Assembly: GCA_009103225.1 (NCBI GenBank) | Contig: RHPI01001715.1 | Span: 263,261 to 327,260, forward strand | Reading direction: 5' to 3' | Origin: Chlorokybus atmophyticus | Taxonomy: Eukaryota > Plantae > Mesostigma and Chlorokybus algae | DNA: 64,000 nt | Shown: piece after piece, positions 61,398-64,000 of the stretch | How the letters are laid out: each line of letters begins with the position of its first letter | Numbering within the stretch: the stretch's first letter is position 1 | Program-made: the position numbers and the translations under genes | The notes under the pieces: generated by a model | Database searches by the model: none | Seen by the model: the letters and a program-made list of their open reading frames with translations, nothing else | Told to the model about the DNA's origin: nothing

Positions 61398-61910
61398 ATG
61401 ATGCTAAGGTTATCAATGAAGACATTGGCTGTGCTACTGCCCTGTTGCTGCTTGCTTGCGATGCTTGCCTCCAGTGCTAAGGCAAACACATCCACACTTC
61501 AAACCACAACGAACGGAAGCAGCAGCACAAGAGACACATTGCGCAGCTTCCCCACCACTATGCTCGAAGAGTTTCAGGTGGGGGAGGTGATGTGGCGATC
61601 GTACATGGATGGCGGGATGAGGCGGCCCTATTACTCTGAGGTGGACACTCAACGTACTCAGTGGGAAGACCCACGCAGGCGTGTCGGGTTGTGGTGGGGT
61701 TTCATGCCTGTGTGGCTCGTCGTGGGGGTGAGTGTTGTGTTGGTGGCAATCACCGCCGCGCGCATAGGGTACCTCGCTATTTACTGCCCCGAGAGCCTTT
61801 GGCCCACCAAGGCCAAGAAGCACCGCATGCGCGGACAAAAGCAACGCCACCTCAAGCAGCGCGGGAAGCTCACGCAAGGCAAAAATGGTGGGGCTCACTA
61901 CTTTTTCTAA
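61398..61910 (+). CDS. Small single-exon protein (170 aa): signal peptide + WW domain + TM helix + basic tail
   Basis: Hydrophobic N-terminus ending SAKA, the WW pattern WRSYMDGGMRRPYYSEVDTQRTQWEDP, TM WWGFMPVWLVVGVSVVLVAITAARIGYLAIY and a K/R-rich C-terminus. Confidence 0.75.
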   Translation: MMLRLSMKTLAVLLPCCCLLAMLASSAKANTSTLQTTTNGSSSTRDTLRSFPTTMLEEFQVGEVMWRSYMDGGMRRPYYSEVDTQRTQWEDPRRRVGLWWGFMPVWLVVGVSVVLVAITAARIGYLAIYCPESLWPTKAKKHRMRGQKQRHLKQRGKLTQGKNGGAHYFF

Positions 61911-62333
61911 GTGCAGTATAGCAGCTTTCTCCAGTTACTAAGAGTTACATCTGGAGACCTGTACTGGACAGGTTTGACTTTGTCCTCGTGCCTTGAGCCT
62001 ACGCATGCATTAGCCTTCAGAGGGTTTGCTACATGTTGACGACTGGTGACATCAGATGCATGCAGGGTCTCACTTCTGACTGCCGTGCAATTGACAGATG
62101 ATCTGATGTGCACAACACGTCTACCACTCAAGACTACCGAGTCACTTCTGCTGGCACGAGACAATCACCTTGACTGCAAAACCGTGTGGTGTGTTTGAAA
62201 AGCTGTTGCCTGCTGGCCTAATGAACCTCACATCTGCATGCTGAGCGGCTTGAGTGAGGCTGCCGCAGATAAAGGTACAACCCTGTGATCTTTGGAGAGG
62301 CTCGCAACGGAGACATGTTTGTATGTGAGCTAC

Positions 62334-63960
62334 TCAGCTGCGCTGATTGGGCTGGATCTCCTGCAGTACTTTCACATAGGACGTCGGGAACCAACCAGCT
62401 TTGCCCTTGCATTGGCCATCTGACCACCCCGAGTCGGTGGTCTGTAGACATGAAACACAACTTAGACCCCCGGCTGCAAGAAATGCTGTGGTCAAGAACA
62501 AGATTGAGGTCGTGTGGTCAAGCATACCTGGCGCACAACAATGTACTCTCCTTTGCGCAAACTGAGTTCTCCCGGTTCCACTGCCGTGTAGTCATGCAAC
62601 ACCTGTCACAACAGAATGATGAGCGTTATTGTTCTTGCCTGGCTTTCCAACCTCTGAGGGTGTGCTATACAAAACATGGTGGTCATACCTCTGCCAGCAT
62701 TTGCGGTTTGCTCGCCGGTTTCGGTGCTTTGGTTGCACTTCCGGGCTCGCTCTTCGCGGAGGAGCCCATGTCCAAGTCGAATAAGTCATCCACGCCGGAA
62801 GTAGCCCTGCTGCCAGCGGAGTTGGTGCGTGCGGCCGGTGCTGTGGATGCGCTGCTGGGCCGGTCCGCCGAGCGTGCCATATTGTTGGTCATCACGTCGT
62901 CGTAGGAAGGAGGGGGAGGTGCGGAGGTGGTTGACGAGTTGTCAAAGGCAGCAGCTGCACAGGGTGCGAAAAGTTGAGTGGCAAACACATATGACCATAG
63001 ACATAACCATCAACGCCGGATGAATATGTGGCAGCTCAAGTGCTGCGAGCGCACGACTGACATGTACAGGGCACCGCAAGACGGTATATGATACAGGTAC
63101 CTGCAGAGCTGGCGCCTCGCCGGATAGGGCTGTGCGTGCGCTCTTGACCATCGGAAGCCTGCTCTGTGCGGCGCTGCTCTGCGACCAACTGCGAGTATGC
63201 TGTATGCATGAGTTAACAAATTACAGCATGCAGCTCAATGCACAATGCACAGCATGACAGCGTAGCGGGTGGACGAAACTGTGCGTGTACCAGATAAGCT
63301 GTGGTTGTGTGAGTGCCAGCTAACAGAGAAACCACAAAACCAATCAAGCTGTGCAGCAGACAGCCTAGCTTGCTTGGTTGCTTGGTTGGCATCAACAGTT
63401 CCTGACTCAGCTCACCTGAACATACAGCCGGTCCAGTGTGTTGTATGTCTTGTTCAACATGTCTCTCTCCATCTCAACCTGTCCAAAGCCAAGGATAAGC
63501 ACATACACATTTCATTGCTGTTGGGCGCCATTGCACGTGTACACCAACATGCGATAATGCTCTATACCATTGAGACCAGCCGCGCAAGCGCTTCCCGCTG
63601 TTGTGCTGCAGCAACTGCTTTGTGCGCATGCGCTGCCTCTTCGCCTTGGGCCTGCATGACAGCCACCAGTTCATGCTGCTTGGCCTCTATGGACGAGAGC
63701 TTGTCCTGATCCGCTCCAGACCCATCGCGCGCTATACGATCCCTGCGCTGCCTTGATTGAGCCACCTGCCAAGGACAGGGGCAGAGATTACAATTACAAC
63801 AACGCTGGATGGACTTTGTTGCTGAAAAGGCGCATGATGCCCAGTGTTGTAATCAAGTAGAAAGACCAACACATGCATTCACTTGAAGGTGATGATGTAC
63901 GCACCAACGCATCAACGTCGCTTCGCACTTTCTCATAGCGCTTTGATGCTAGCCGAGCTT
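62334..63960 (-). CDS. Plant SH3P2/SH3P3-like BAR-SH3 protein, 3' portion (continues beyond window)
   Basis: LASKRYEKVRSDVDAL|VAQSRQR...QGEEAAHA...QQREALARLVSM|VEMERD...TLDRL|LVAEQRR...MLAE|VLHDYTAVEPGELSLRKGEYIVVRQ|TTDSGWSDGQCKGKAGWFPTSYV. Confidence 0.9.
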
Positions 63961-64000
63961 CATCTAGATGTCCATTGTTAATTACTCCTCGTAGTGGCTC

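Overview
This is eukaryotic nuclear DNA: intron-rich, about 50% GC, with two N gaps and several single Ns, so small frameshifts could be assembly errors. It comes from a photosynthetic green-lineage organism. A streptophyte (charophyte-type) alga is my best inference, from Psb27-H2, ERD15-like, Pollen Ole e1/PDF1-like, plant WBP2-like and plant SH3P-like genes. Spliced by hand from motifs and splice signals, I can support about 14 apparently intact genes. In order: cytochrome P450 (3' part), NXPE/PC-esterase-type SGNH protein, organellar ribosome recycling factor, Psb27-H2/LPA19, FIP1, ERD15-like, membrane-anchored LysM protein, DUF212 PAP2-like protein, Ole e1-extensin-PDF1-like wall protein, universal stress protein, WBP2/GRAM-like protein, a large multidomain glycosyltransferase, nucleoside hydrolase, a small signal-peptide/WW/TM protein, and a partial BAR-SH3 (SH3P2-like) gene. 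There are also two decayed GST copies and a glycosyltransferase pseudo-exon from an old local segmental duplication. Two gene-free tracts (about 22.4-28 kb and 37.8-44 kb) hold palindrome-rich repeat or transposon relics. I found no CRISPR array, rRNA or functional tRNA, and I cannot support a complete novel multi-gene system. The best leads are a WW domain predicted to face the lumen or cell exterior, a bacterial-looking GT4-GT2-extra-domain glycosyltransferase, a FOCL1/PDF1-like wall protein, modular hairpin elements, a strong CTAG excess in a transposon relic, and a 98-bp head-to-head gene pair. All family assignments come from recalled motifs, not database searches. Exon boundaries and counts are manual.
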